64,000 bases of DNA from the human T2T-CHM13v2.0 reference genome, Homo sapiens: the NCBI RefSeq assembly GCF_009914755.1, contig NC_060925.1; one strand, 5' to 3'. The notes below the pieces were generated by a model. It saw only the letters and a list, made by a program, of their open reading frames with translations, did not search any database and was not told the DNA's origin. The translations under genes were made by a program, and so were the position numbers. Positions 13,300 to 28,600 of this stretch are shown one piece after another (position 1 is the stretch's first letter; every line of letters starts with the position of its first letter).

Positions 13300-16200
13300 T
13301 TCCGTTCAATTCCATTCAATGATTCCTTTTGATTCCATTCGATGATGATTCCATTTGTGTCCATTCGATGATTCCTTTTGACTCCATTCAATGATAATTC
13401 CATTCAATTCTATGCGATGATTCCATTCCTTTCCATTTGAAGATGATTCCATTCGAGACCATTCGATGATTGCATTCAATTCATTCGATGACGATTCCAT
13501 TCAATTCCGTTCAATGATTCCGTGAGATTCCATTTGATGATGATTCCATTCGATTCCATTTGATGATGATTCCAAGCGATTCCATTAGATGATGACTCCT
13601 TTCAAATCCATTCGATGATGATTCCATTCGTTTCCGTTCAATGATTATTCCATTCGAGTCCACTCAATGATTCCATTCGATTCTATTTGATGATGATTAC
13701 ATTCGAGTACATGGATTATTCCATTCCATTGCATTAGATGATACTATTCGAGTCCATTCGATGATTCTCTTCGATTACATTCGATAATTCCGTTTGATTC
13801 CGTTTGATGTTGATTCCATTCGTGTCCATTCGATGATAATTCCACTCGATTTTATGCGATGATTCCATTCCTTTCCATTTGAAGATGATACCATTCGAGA
13901 CCATTCGATGATTGCATTCAATTCATTCGATGACGATTCCATTCAATTCCGTTCACTGATTACATTAGATACCATTTGATGATGATTCTTTCGATTCCAT
14001 TTGATGATGATTCCATGCGATTCCATTAGATGATGACTCCTTTCATATCCATTCAATCAGGATTCCATTCGGTTCCATTTGATGATGATTCCTTTGAATT
14101 CCATTTGATGACAATTCCATTCAATACCAATTGATGATGGTTATTTTTGATTCCATTTGATGATGATTACATTCGATTCCATTTGATCATGATTCCATTC
14201 GTTTCCACTCAATGATTCCATTCGATTCCATTCAATGATGATTCCATTCGAGTTCATTGACTATTCCTTTCCATTCCATTCGAAGATTCCATTCGAGTCC
14301 ATTCGATGATTCTATTCGATTGCATTCGATAATTCCATTCGATTGCATTCGATAATTCCATTCGATTCCATTTGAGGATAATTCCATTTGAGTCCATTCG
14401 ATGATTGTTCCATTCGATTCTATTCAATGATTCTATTCGATTCCATTTGATAATGATTCCATTCGAGACCATTCGATGATTCCATTCAATTCCGTTCAAT
14501 AATGATTCCATTCGAGTCCATTCAATGATTCCATTCAAGTCCATTCGATGATTCCATCTGATTCCATTCAATGAATCCATTCGATTCCATTCTATGATGA
14601 TTTCATTCATTTCCATCTGATGATGATTCCATTCGATTCCATTCAATGATTCCATTCGATTCCATTTGATGATGATTTCAATCAATTTCATTCAATGATT
14701 ACATTCGAATCCATTCGATGATGAGTCCATCCATTTCAATTTCATGATAATTCCATTCGTTTCAATTCGATGGTGTTTCCATTCGATTCCATTCGATGTT
14801 GATTCCATTAGTTCCCATTGGATGATGATTCCATTCGAGTCCATTCGATGATGATCACATTGGATTTCATTCCATAATTCTATTCGATTCCATTTGATGA
14901 TGATTCCATCTGATTCCATTTGATGATTCCATTCGATTCCATTCGATGATTATTCCATTCGTTTCCATCCGATGATGATTCCATTCGATTCCGTTCAATG
15001 ATTATTCCATTCGAGTCCATTCGATGATTCCATTCGATTCCATTCGATGATGATTGCATTCGAGTCCATGGATTATTCCATTCCATTCCATTAGATGATT
15101 CCATTCGAGTCCATTCGATGATTCTCTTGGATTCCATTCTATAATTCCGTTTGATTCCGTGTGATGTTGATTCCATTGGAGTCCATTCGATGATAATTCC
15201 ATTCGATTCTATGCGATGATTCCATTCCTTTCCATTTGAAGATGATTCCATTCGAGACCATTCGATGATTGCATTCAATTCATTCAATGACGATTCCATT
15301 GAATTCCGTTGAATGATTCCATTAGATAACATTTGATGATTCCATTCGATTCCATTTGATGATGATTCCATGCGATTCCATTAGATGATGACCCATTTCA
15401 TTTCCATTCGATGATGATTCCATTCCTTTCCATCCGATGATGATTCCATTCGATTCCGTTTTATGATTATTACATTCGAGACCATTCGATGACTCCATTC
15501 GATTCTATTCGATGGTGATTGCATTCGAGTCCATGGATTATTGCATTCCATTCCATTAGATGATTCCATTCGATTCCATTCGATGATTCTCTTCGATTCC
15601 ATTCGATAATTCCGTTTGATTCCGTTTGATGTTGATTCCATTCGAGTCCATTCGATGATAATTCCATTCGATTGTATGCGATGATTCCTTTACTTTCCAT
15701 TGGAAAATGATTCCATTCGAGACCATTCGATGATTGCATTCAGTTCATTCGATGAAGATTCCATTCAATTCCGTTCAATGATTCCATTCGATTCCATTTG
15801 GTGATGATTCCATGCGATTCCATTAGATGATGACCCCTTTCATTTCCATTCAATGAGGATTCCATTCGGTTCCATTTGATGATGATTGCTATGAATTCCA
15901 CTTGATGACAATTCCATTCAATACCAATTGATGATGGTTATTTTTGATTCCATTTGATGATGATTACATTCGATTCTATTTGATCATAATTACATTCGAT
16001 TCCACTCGATGATTCCATTCGATTCCATTAAATGATGATTCCATTCGATTTCATTGACTCTTCTATTCCATTCCATTCGATGATTCCATTCGAGTCCATT
16101 CGATGATTCTATTCAATTGCATTCGATTATTCCATTCGATTGCATTCGATAATACCATTCGATTCCATTTGAGGATAATTCCATTTGAGACCATTTGATG

Positions 16201-19200
16201 ATAATTCCATTCGATTCTATGTGATGATTCGATTCCTTTCCATGTGAAGATGATTCCATTCCAGACCATTCGATGATTGCATTCAATTCATTCGATGACA
16301 ATTCCATTCAATTCCGTTCAATGATTCCATTAGATTCCATTTGATGATGATGCCATTCGATTCCATTTGATGATGATTCCATGCGTTTCCATTAGACGAT
16401 GACTCCTTTCATTTCCATTCAATGAGGATTCCATTCGGTTCCATTTGATGAAGATTCCTTTGAATTCCATTTGATGACAATTCAATTCAATACCAATTGA
16501 TGATGGTTATTTTTGATTCCGTTTGATGATGATTACATTCGATTCCATTTAATCGTGATTCCATTCGATTCCACTCGATCATTTCATTCGATTCCATTCA
16601 ATGGTGAATCCATTCGAGTTCATTGACTATTCCATTCCATTCCATTCGATGATTCCATTCGAGTAATTTCGATGATTCAATACAATTGCATTCCATAATT
16701 CCATTCGATTGCATTCGATAATTCCATTCGATTCCATTTGACGATAATTCCATTTGAGTCCATTCGATGTTTGTTCCATTCGATTCTATTCAGTGACTCC
16801 ATTCGATTCCATTTGATAATGATTCCATTGGAGACCATTCGATGATTCCATTCAATTCCATGCAATAATGATTCCATTCGAGTCCATTCAATGATTCCAT
16901 TCAAGTCCATTCGATGATTCCATCTGATTCCATTCAATGAATCCATTCGATTCCATTGTATGATGATTTCATTCATTTCCATCTGATGATGATTCCAATA
17001 GTTTGCATTCAATGATTCCATTCGATTCCATTTGATGATGATTTCAATCAATTTCATTCGATGAGTCCATTCAAATCCATTCGATGATGAGTCCATCCAT
17101 TTCAATTTCATGATAATTCCATTCGTTTCCATTCGATGGTGTTTCCATTCGATTCCATTCGATGTTGATTCCATTAGTTTCCATTGGATGATGATTCCGT
17201 TCGACTCCATTCGATGATGATCACATTGGATTTCATTCCATAATTCTATTCGATTCCATTTGATGATGATTCCATCTGATTCCATTTGATGATCCCATTC
17301 GATTCCATTCGATGATGATTCCATTCGTTTCCATCCGATGATGATTCCATTCGATTCCGTTCAATCATTATTCCATTCGAGTCCATTCGATGATTCCATT
17401 CGATTCCATTCGATGATGATTGCATTCGTGTCCATGGATTATTCCATTCCATTCCATTAGATGATTCCATTCGAGTCCATTCGATGATTCTCTTCGATTC
17501 CATTCTATAATTCCGTTTGATTCCGTGTGATGTTGATTCCATTGGAGTCCACTCGATGATAATTCCATTCGATTCTATGTGATGATTCCATTCCTTTCCA
17601 TTTGAAGATGATTCCATTCGAGACCATTCGATGATTGCATTCAATTCATTCAATGACGATTCCATTGAATTCCGTTGAATGATTCCATTAGATAACATTT
17701 GATGATTCCATTCGATTCCATTTGATGATGATTCCATGCGATTCTATTAGATGATGACCCCTTTCATTTCCATTCGATGATGATTCCATTCGTTTCCATC
17801 CGATGATGATTCCATTCGATTCCGTTCTATGATTATTACATTCGAGACCATTCGATGACTCCATTCGATTCTATTCGATGGTGATAGCATTCGAGTCCAT
17901 GGATTATTGCATTCCATTCCATTAGATGATTCCATTCGATTCCATTCGATGATTCTCTTCGATTCCATTCGATAATTCCGTTTGATTCCGTTTGATGTTG
18001 ATTCCATTCGAGTCCATTCGATGATAATTCCATTCGATTGTATGCGATGATTCCTTTCCTTTCCATTGGAAGATGATTCCATTCGAGACCATTCGATGAT
18101 TGCATTCAGTTCATTCGATGAAGATTCCATTCAATTCCGTTCAATGATTCCATTCGATTCCATTTGGTGATGATTCCATGCGATTCCATTAGATGATGAC
18201 TCCTTTCATTTCCATTCAATGAGGATTCCATTCGGTTCCATTTGATGATGATTGCTATGAATTCCACTTGATGACAATTCCATTCAATACCAATTGATGA
18301 TGGTTATTTTTGATTCCATTTGATGATGATTACATTCGATTCCATTTGAACATGATTCCATTCGATTCCACTCGATGATTCCATTCGATTCCATTAAATG
18401 ATGATTCCATTCGATTTCATTGACTCTTCTATTCCATTCCATTCGATGATTCCATTCGAGTCCATTCGATGATTCTATTCAATTGCATTCGATTATTCCA
18501 TTCGATTGCATTCGATAATACCATTCGATTCCATTTGAGGATAATTCCATTTGAGACCATTTGATGATAATTCCATTCGATTCTATGTGATGATTCGATT
18601 CCTTTCCATTTGAAGATGATTCCATTCCAGACCATTCGATGATTGCATTCAATTCATTCGATGACAATTCCATTCAATTCCGTTCAATGATTCCATTAGA
18701 TTCCATTTGATGACGATGCCATTCGATTCCATTTGATGATGATTCCATGCGTTTCCATTAGATGATGACTCCTTTCATTTCCATTCAATGAGGATTCCAT
18801 TCGGTTCCATTTGATGAAGATTCCTTTGAATTCCATTTGATGACAATTCAATTCAATACCAATTGATGATGGTTATTTTTGATTCCGTTTTATGATGATT
18901 ACATTCGATTCCATTTAATCGTGATTCCATTCGATTCCACTCGATCATTTCATTCGATTCCATTCAATGGTGATTCCATTCGAGTTCATTGACTATTCCA
19001 TTCCATTCCATTCGATGATTCCATTCGAGTAATTTCGATGATTCAATACAATTGCATTCCATAATTCCATTCGATTGCATTCGATAATTCCATTCGATTC
19101 CATTTGACGATAATTCCATTTGAGTCCATTCGATGTTTGTTCCATTCGATTCTATTCAGTGACTCCATTCGATTCCATTTGATAATGATTCCATTCGAGA

Positions 19201-22200
19201 CCATTCGATGATTCCATTCAATTCCATGCAATAATGATTCCATTCGAGTCCATTCAATGATTCCATTCAAGTCCATTCGATGATTCCATCTGATTCCATT
19301 CAATGAATCCATTCGATTCCATTGTATGATGATTTCATTCATTTCCATCTGATGATGATTCCAATAGTTTGCATTCAATGATTCCATTCGATTCCATTTG
19401 ATGATGATTTCAATCAATTTCATTCGATGATTCCATTCAAATCCATTCGATGATGAGTCCATCCATTTCAATTCCATGATAATTCCATTCCTTTCCATTC
19501 GACGATGATTCCGTTCGATTCCGTTTTGATGATTATTCCATTCGAGTCCATTCGATGATTCCATTTGATTCTATTCGAAGATGATTGCATTCGGGTCCAT
19601 GGATTATTCCATTCCATTCCATTAGATGATTCCATTCGTGGCCATTCGATGATTCTCTCCGATTCCATTCGATAATTCCGTTTGATTCCGTTTGATGTTG
19701 ATTCCATTCGAGTCCATTCGATGATAATTCCATTCGATTCTTTGCGATGATTCCATTCCATTCCATTTGGAGATGATTCCATTCGAGACCATTCGTTGAT
19801 TGCATTCAATTCATTCGATGACGATTCCATTCAATTCCGTTCAATTATTCCATTAGATTCCATTTGATGATGATTCCATTCGGTCCATTCAATGATAATT
19901 CCATTCGATTCTATGCGATGATTCCATTCCTTTCCATTTGAAGATGATCACATTCGAGACCATTCGATGATTGCATTCAATTCATTCGAGGACGGTTCCA
20001 TTCAATTCCCTTCAATGATGCCATTATATTCGATTTGATGATGAGTCCATTCGATGATGATTCCATTCGATTCCATTTGATGATTATTCCATGCGATTCC
20101 ATTAGATGATGACTCCTTCCATTTCCATTCAAGTAGGATTCCGTTCGGTTCCATTTGATGATGATTCCCTTGAATTCCATTTGATGACAAATCCATTCAA
20201 TACCAATTGATGATGCTTATTTTTGATTCCATTTGATGATGATTACATTCGATTCCATTTGATCGTGATTCCATTCGATTCCACTCGATGATTCCATTCG
20301 ATTCCATTCAATGATGATTCCATTCGTGTCCATTGACTATTCCATTCAATTCCATTCGATGATTCCATTCGAGTCCACCCGATGATTCTATTTGATTGCA
20401 TTCGATAATACCATTCGATTGCATTCGATAATTCCATTCGATACCATTTGATGATAATTCCATTTGAGTCCATTCGATGATTGTTCCATTCGATTCTATT
20501 CGGTGATTCCATTCGATTCCATTTGATAATGATTCCATTCGAGACCATTCGATGATTCCATTCAATTCCATTCAATAATGATTCCATTCGAGTCCATTCA
20601 ATGATTCCATTCAAGTCCATTCGATGATTCCATCTGATTCCATTCAATGAATCCTTTCGATTCCATTCTGTGATGATTCCATTTATTTCCATCTGATGAT
20701 GATTCCATTCGATTCCATTCAATGATTCCTTTCGATTCCATTTGATGATGATTTCAATCAATTTCATTCGATGATTCCATTCGAATCCATTCGAAGATGA
20801 GTCCATCCATTTCAATTTCATGATAATTCCATTCGTTTCAATTCGATGGTGTTTCCATTCGATTCCATTCGATGTTGATTCCATGAATTTCCATTGGATG
20901 ATGATTCCGTTCGAGTCCATTCGATGATGATCACATTGGATTTCATTCAATAATTCTATTCGATTCCATTGATGATGATTCCATCTGATTCCATTTGATG
21001 ATTCCATTCGATTCCATTCGATGATGATTCCATTCGCTTCCATCATAAGATGATTCCATTCGATTCGGTTCAATGATTATTCCATTCGAGTCCAATCCAT
21101 GATTCCATTCGATTCCGTTCGATGATGATTGCATTCGAGTCCATGGATAATTCCATTCCATTCCATTAGATGATTCCATTCGAGTTCCTTCAACGATTCT
21201 CTTCGATTCCATTAGATAATTCCGTTTGATTCCGTTTGATGTTGATTCCATTCGAGTCCATTGGATGATATTTCCATTCAATTCTATGCGATGATTCCAT
21301 TCCATTCCATTTGAAGATGATTCTATTCGAGACCATTTGATGATTGCATTCAATTCATTCGATGACGATTCCTTTCAATTCCGTTCAATGATTCCATTAT
21401 ATTCCATTTGCTGATGATTCCATTCGATTCCATTTGATGATGATTCCATGCGATTCCATTAGATGATGACTCCTTTCATTTCTATTCAATGAGGATGCCT
21501 TTCGGTTCCATTAGATGATGATTCCTTTGAATTCCATTTGATGACAATTCCATTCAATACCAATTGATGATGACTATTTTTGATTCCATTTGATGATGAT
21601 TACATTCGATTCCATTTGATCATGTTTACATTCGATTCCACTCGAGGATTCCATTAGATTACATTCAATGATGATTCCATTCGAGTTCATTGACTATTCC
21701 ATTCCACTCCATTCGATGATACCATTCGAGTCCATTCGATGATTCTATTCGATTGCATTTGATTATTCCATTCGATTGCATTCGATAATTCCATTCGATT
21801 CCATTTGAGGATAATTCCATTTGAGTCCATTCGATGATTGTTCCATTCGATTCTATTCGGTGATTCCATTCGATTCCATTTGATAATGATTCCATTCGAG
21901 ACCATTCGATGATTCCATTCAATTCCATACAATAATGATTCCATTCGAGTCCATTTAATGATTCCATTCAAGTCCATTCGATGATTCCATCTGATTCCAT
22001 TCAATGAGTCCATTCGATTCCATTCTATGACGATTCCATTCATTTCCATCTGATGATGATTCCATTCGATTCCATTCAATGATTCCATTCGATTCCATTT
22101 GATGATGATTTCAATCAATTTCATTCGATGATTCCATTCGAATCCATTCGATGATGAGTCCATCCATTTCAATTTCATGATAATTCCATTCGTTTCTATT

Positions 22201-25200
22201 CGATGGTGATTCCATTCGATTCCATTCGATGTTGATTCCATTAGTTTCCATTGGATGATGATTCCATTCGAGTCCATTCGATGATGATCACAATGGATTT
22301 CATTCCATAATTCTATTCGATTCCATTTGATGATGATTCCATCTGATTCCATTTGATGATTCCATTCGATTCCATTCGATGATGAGTCCATTCATTTCAA
22401 TTTCATGATAATTCCATTTGTTTCAATTCGATGGTGTTTCCATTCGAGTCCATTCGATGATGATCACATTGGAGTTCATTCCATAATTCTATTCGACTCC
22501 ATTTGATGATGATTCCATCTGATTCGATTTCATGATTCCATCCGATTCCATTCGATGATGATTCCATTCGTTTCCATCCGATGATGATTCCATTCGATTC
22601 CGTTCAAAGATTATTCCATTCGAGTCCATTCGATGATTCCATTCGATTCCATTCAATGATTATTCCATTTGAGTCGATTCGATGACTCCATTCGATTGTA
22701 TTCGATGGTGATTGAATTCGAGTCCATGGATTAATCCATTGCAATCCATTCGATGATTCCATTCGAGTCCATTCGATGATTCTATTCGATTGCATTCGAT
22801 AATTCCATTCGATTGCATTCGGTAAATCCATATGATTCCATTTGAGGATAATTTCATTTGAGTCCATTCGGTGATTGTTCCATTTGATTCTATTCGGTGA
22901 TTCCATTCGACTTCATTTGATAATGATTCCATTCGAGACCATTCGATGATTCTATTCAATTCCATTCAATAATGATTCCATTCGAGTCCATTCAACGATT
23001 CCATTCAAGTCCATTCGATGATTCCATTCTATTCCATTCAATGAATCCATTCGATTCCATTCTATGATGATTCCATTCATTTCCATCTGATGATGATTCC
23101 ATTCGATTCCATTCAATGATTCCTTTTGATTCCATTTGATGATGATTTCAATCAATTTCATTCGATGATTCCATGCGAATCCATTCGATGATGAGTCCAT
23201 CCATTTCAATTTCATGATAACTCCATTCGTTTCAATTCGATGGTGTTTCCATTCGATTCCATTCGATGTTGATTCCATTAGTTTCCATTGGTTCATGATT
23301 CCATTCAAGTCCATTCGATGATGATCACATTGGATTTCATTCCATAATTCTATTCGATTCCATTTGATGATGATTCCATCTGATTCCTTTTGAGGATCCC
23401 ATTCGATTCCATTCGATGATGATTCCATTCGTTTCCATCCGATGATGATTCCATTCGATTCCGTTCAATGATTATTCCATTCGAGTCCATTCGATGATTC
23501 CATTCGATTCCATTTGATGATTATTCCATGCGATTCCATTAGATGATGACTCCTTTCATTTCCATTCAATGAGGATTCCATTCGGTTCCATTTGATGATG
23601 ATTCCTTTGAATTCCGTTTGATGACAATTCCATTCGATACCAATTGATGATGGTTATTTTGATTCCATTTGATGATGATTACTTTCGATTCCATTTGATC
23701 ATGATTCCATTCGATTCCACTCGATGATTCCATTCAATGATGATTCAAATCGAGTTCATTTACTATTCCATTCCATTTCAATCGATGATTCCTTTCAAAT
23801 CCATTCGATGATTCTGTTCGATTGCATTCGATAATTCCATTCGATTCCATTTGAGGATAATTCCATTTGAGTCCATTCGATGATTGTTCCATTCGATGCT
23901 ATTCGGTGATTCCATTCGATTCCATTTGATAATGATTCCTTTCGAGACCATTCGATGATTCCATTCAATTCCATTCAATAATGATTCCATTCGAGTCCAT
24001 TCAATGATTCCATTCAAGTCCATTCGATGATTCCATCTGATTCCATTCAATGAATCCATTGGATTCCATTCTATGATGATTCCATTCATTTCCATCTGAT
24101 GATGATTCCATTTCATTCCATTCAATGATTCCATTCATTTCCATCTGATGATGATTTCATTCGATTCCATTCAATGATTCCTTTCGATTCCATTTGATGA
24201 TGATTTCAATCAATTTCATTCGATGATTCCATTCGAATCCATTCGATGATGAGCCCATCCATTTCAATTTCATGATAAATCCATTCGTTTCAATTCGATG
24301 GTGTTTCCATTCGATTCCATTCGATGTTGATTCCATTAGGTTCCATTGAATGATGATTCCATTCGAGTCCATTCGATGATGATCACAATGGATTTCATTC
24401 CATAATTCTATTCGATTCCATTTGATGATGATTCCATCTGATTCCATTTGATGATTCCATTCGTTTCCATCCGATGATGATTCCATTCGATTCCGTTCAA
24501 TGATTATTCCATTCGAGTCCATTCGATTATTCCATTCGATTCCATTCGATGATGATTGCATTCGAGTCCATGGATTCTTCCATTCCATTCCATTACATGA
24601 TTCCATTCGAGTCCATTCGATGATTCTCTTCGATTCCATACGATAATTCCGTTTGATTCCGTTTGAGGTTGATTCCATTCGAGTCCATTCGATGATAATT
24701 CCATTGGATTCTATGCGATGATTCCATTCCATTCCATTTGGAGGTGGTTCCATTCGAGACCATTCGTTGATTGCATTCAATTCATTCGATGTCCATTCCA
24801 TTCAATTCCGTTCAATGATTCCATTAGATTCCATTTGATGATGATTCCATTCGATTCCATTTGATGATGATTCCATGCGATTCCATTAGATGATGACTCC
24901 TTTCATTTCCATTCAATGAGGATTCCATTCGATTCCACTCGATGATTCCATTCAATGATGATTCCATTCGAGTTTATTGACTATTCCATTCCATTTCAAT
25001 CGATGATTCCATTCAAGTCCGTCCGATGATTCTATTTGATTGCATTCAATTATTCCATTCGATTGCATTCGATAATTCCATTCGATTCCATTGGAGGATA
25101 ATTCCATTTGAGTCCATTCGATGATTGTTCCATTCGATTCTATTCGGTGATTCCATTCGATTCCATTTGATAATGATTCCATTCGAGTCCATTCAATGAT

Positions 25201-25600
25201 TCCATTCAAGTCCATTCGATGATTCCATCTGATTCCATTCAATGAATCCATTCGATTCCATTCTATGATGATTCCATTCATTTCCATCTGATGATGATTC
25301 CATTCGATTCCATTCAATGACTCCATTCGATTCCATTTGATGATGATTTCAATCAATTTCATTCGATGATTCCATTCGAATCCATTCGATGATGAGTCCA
25401 TCCCTTTCAATTTCATGATAATTCCATTCGTTTCAATTCGATGGTGGTTCCATTCGATTCCATTCGATGTTGATTCCATTAGTTTCCATTGGATGATGAT
25501 TCCATTCGAGTCCATTCAATGATGATCACATTGGATTTCATTCCATAATTCTATTCGATTCCATTTGATGATGATTCCATCTAATTCCATTTGATGATCC
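13300..25600 (+). repeat. Transition layer: shuffled, partially deleted or duplicated sub-blocks of the 1.3-1.4 kb monomer
   Basis: Monomer landmarks (TATGCGATG...GAGACC, CAATACCAATTG, GAGTCCATCCATTTCAATTTC, GATCACATTGG) appear, but at irregular spacing. Confidence 0.75.
14720..19480 (+). repeat. Two tandem copies of a 2366-bp unit
   Basis: ORF pairs are offset by exactly 2366 (14880/17246, 15002/17368, 15470/17836, 16063/18429, 16677/19043). Private markers GATAACATTTG at 15325/17691 and CCAATAGTTTGC at 16995/19361. Confidence 0.92.
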
Positions 25601-28600
25601 CATTCGATTCCATTCGATGATGATTCCATTCGTTTCCATCCGATGATGATTCCATTCGATTCCGTTCAATGATTATTCCATTCGAGTCCATTCGATGATT
25701 CCATTCGATTCCATTCGATGATGATTGCATTCGAGTCCATGGATTCTTCCATTCCATTCCATTAGATGATTCCATTCGAGTCCGTTCGATGATTCTCTTC
25801 GATTCCATTCGATAATTCCGTTTGATTCCGTTTGATATTGATTCCATTCGAGTCCATTCGATGATAATTCCATTCGATTCTATGCGATGATTCCATTCCA
25901 TTCCATTTGGAGGTGGTTCCATTCGAGACCATTCGTTGATTGCATTCAATTCATTCGATGACGATTCCATTCAATTCCGCTCAATGATTCCATTAGATTC
26001 CATTTGATGATGATTCCATTCGATTCCATTTGATAATGATTCCATGCGATTCCATTAGATGATGACTCCTTTCATTTCCATACAATGAGGATTCCATTCG
26101 GTTCCATTTGATGATGATTCCTTTGAATTCCGTTTGATGACAATTCCATTCAATACCAATTGATTATGGTTATTTTTGATTCCATTTGATGATGATTACT
26201 TTCGATTCCATTTGATCATGATTCCATTCGATTCCACTCGATGATTCCATTCAATGATGATTCCATTCGAGTTCATTGACTATTCCATTCCATTTCAATC
26301 CATGATTCCTTTCAAGTCCATTCGATGATTCTATTCGATTGCATTCGATTATTCCATTCGATTGCATTCGATAATTCCATTCGATTCCATTTGAGGATAA
26401 TTCCATTTGAGTCCATTCGATGATTGTTCCATTCGATTCTATTCGGTGATTCCATTCGATTCCATTTGATAATGATTCCATTCGAGACCATTCGATGATT
26501 CCATTCAATTCCATTCAATAATGATTCCATTCGAGTCCATTCAATGATTCCATTCAAGTCCATTCGATGATTCCATCTGATTCCATTCAATGAATCCATT
26601 CGATTCCATTCTATGATGATTCCATTCATTTCCATCTGATGATGATTCCATTCGATTCCATTCAATGATTCCATTCGATTCCGTTTGATGATGATTTCAA
26701 TCAATTTCATTCGATGATTCCATTCGAATCCATTCGATGATGAGTCCATCCACTTCAATTTCATGAAAAATCCATTCGTTTCAATACGATGGTGTTTCCA
26801 TTCGATTCCATTCGATGTTGATTCCATTAGTTTCCATTGGATGATGATTCCATTCGAGTCCATTCGATGATGATCACAATGGATTTCATTCCATCATTCT
26901 ATTCGATTCCATTTGATGATGATTCCGTCTGATTCCATTTGATGATTCCATTCGTTTCCATCCGATGATGATTCCATTCGATTCGGTTCAATGATTATTC
27001 CATTCGAGTCCATTCGATGATTCCATTCGATTCCATTCGATGATGATTGCATTCGAGTCCATGGATTCTTCCATTCCATTCCATTAGATGATTCCATTCG
27101 AGTCCGTTCGATGATTCTCTTCGATTCCATTCGATAATTCCGTTTGATTCCGTTTGATGTTGATTCCATTCGAGTCCATTCGATGATAATTCCATTCGAT
27201 TCTATGCGATGATTCCATTCCATTCCATTTGGAGATGGTTCCATTCGAGACCATTCGTTGATTGCATTCAATTCATTCGATGACGATTCCATTCAATTCC
27301 GTTCAATGATTCCATTAGATTCCATTTGATGATGATTCCATTCGATTCCATTTGATGATGATTCCATGTGATTCCATTAGATGATGACTCCTTTCATTTC
27401 CATACAATGAGGATTCCATTCGGTTCCATTTGATGATGATTCCTTTGAATTCCATTTGATGACAATTCCATTCAATACCAATTGATGATGGTTATTTTTG
27501 ATTCCATTTGATGATGATTACATTCGATTCCATTTGATCATGATTCCATTCGATTCCACTGGATGATTCCATTCGATTCCATTCAATGATTATTCCATTT
27601 GAGTCGATTCGATGACTCCATTCGATTGTATTCGATGGTGATTGAATTCGAGTCCATGGATTAATCCATTGCATTCCATTCGATGATTCCATTCGAGTCC
27701 ATTCGATGATTCTATTCGATTGCATTCGATAATTCCATTCGATTGCATTCGATAAATCCATTTGATTCCATTTGAGGATAATTCCATTTGAGTCCATTCG
27801 ATGATTGTTCCATTCGATTCTATTCGGTGATTCCATTCGACTTCATTTGATAATGATTCCATTCGAGACCATTCGATGATTCTATTCAATTCCATTCAAT
27901 AATGATTCCATTCGAGTCCATTCAACGATTCCATTCAAGTCCATTCGATGATTCCATCTGATTCCATTCAATGAATCCATTCCATTCCATTCTATGATGA
28001 TTCCATTCATTTCCATCTGATGATGATTCCATTCGATTCCATTCAATGATTCCTTTCGATTCCATTTGATGATGATTTCAATCAATTTCATTCGATGATT
28101 CCATTCGAATCCATTCGATGATGAGTCCATCCATTTCAATTTCATGATTATTCCATTCGTTTCAATTCGATGGTGTTTCCATTCGATTCCATTCGATGTT
28201 GATTCCATTAGTTTCCATTGGATGATGATTCCATTCGAGTCCATTCAATGATGATCACATTGGATTTCATTCCATAATTCTATTCGATTCCATTTGATGT
28301 TGATTCCATCTGATTCCATTTGATGATCCCATTCGATTCCATTCGATGATGATTCCATTCGTTTCCATCCGATGATGATTCCATTCGATTCCGTTCAATG
28401 ATTATTCCATTCGAGTCCATTCGATGATTCCATTCGATTCCATTCGATGATGATTGCATTCGAGTCCATGGATTCTTCCATTCCATTCCATTAGATGATT
28501 CCATTCGAGTCCGTTCGATGATTCTCTTCGATTCCATTCGATAATTCCGTTTGATTCCGTTTGATGTTGATTCCATTCGAGTCGATTCGATGATAATTCC

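Larger units (their letters stand above)
1..13300 (+). repeat. Diverged HSat2 layer with no regular kb-scale period
   Basis: Many substitutions in the 23/26-mer (CG to TG/CA, broken CATTC). Translated ORFs here do not recur at a fixed spacing, and only local duplications are visible. Right boundary approximate. Confidence 0.8.
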
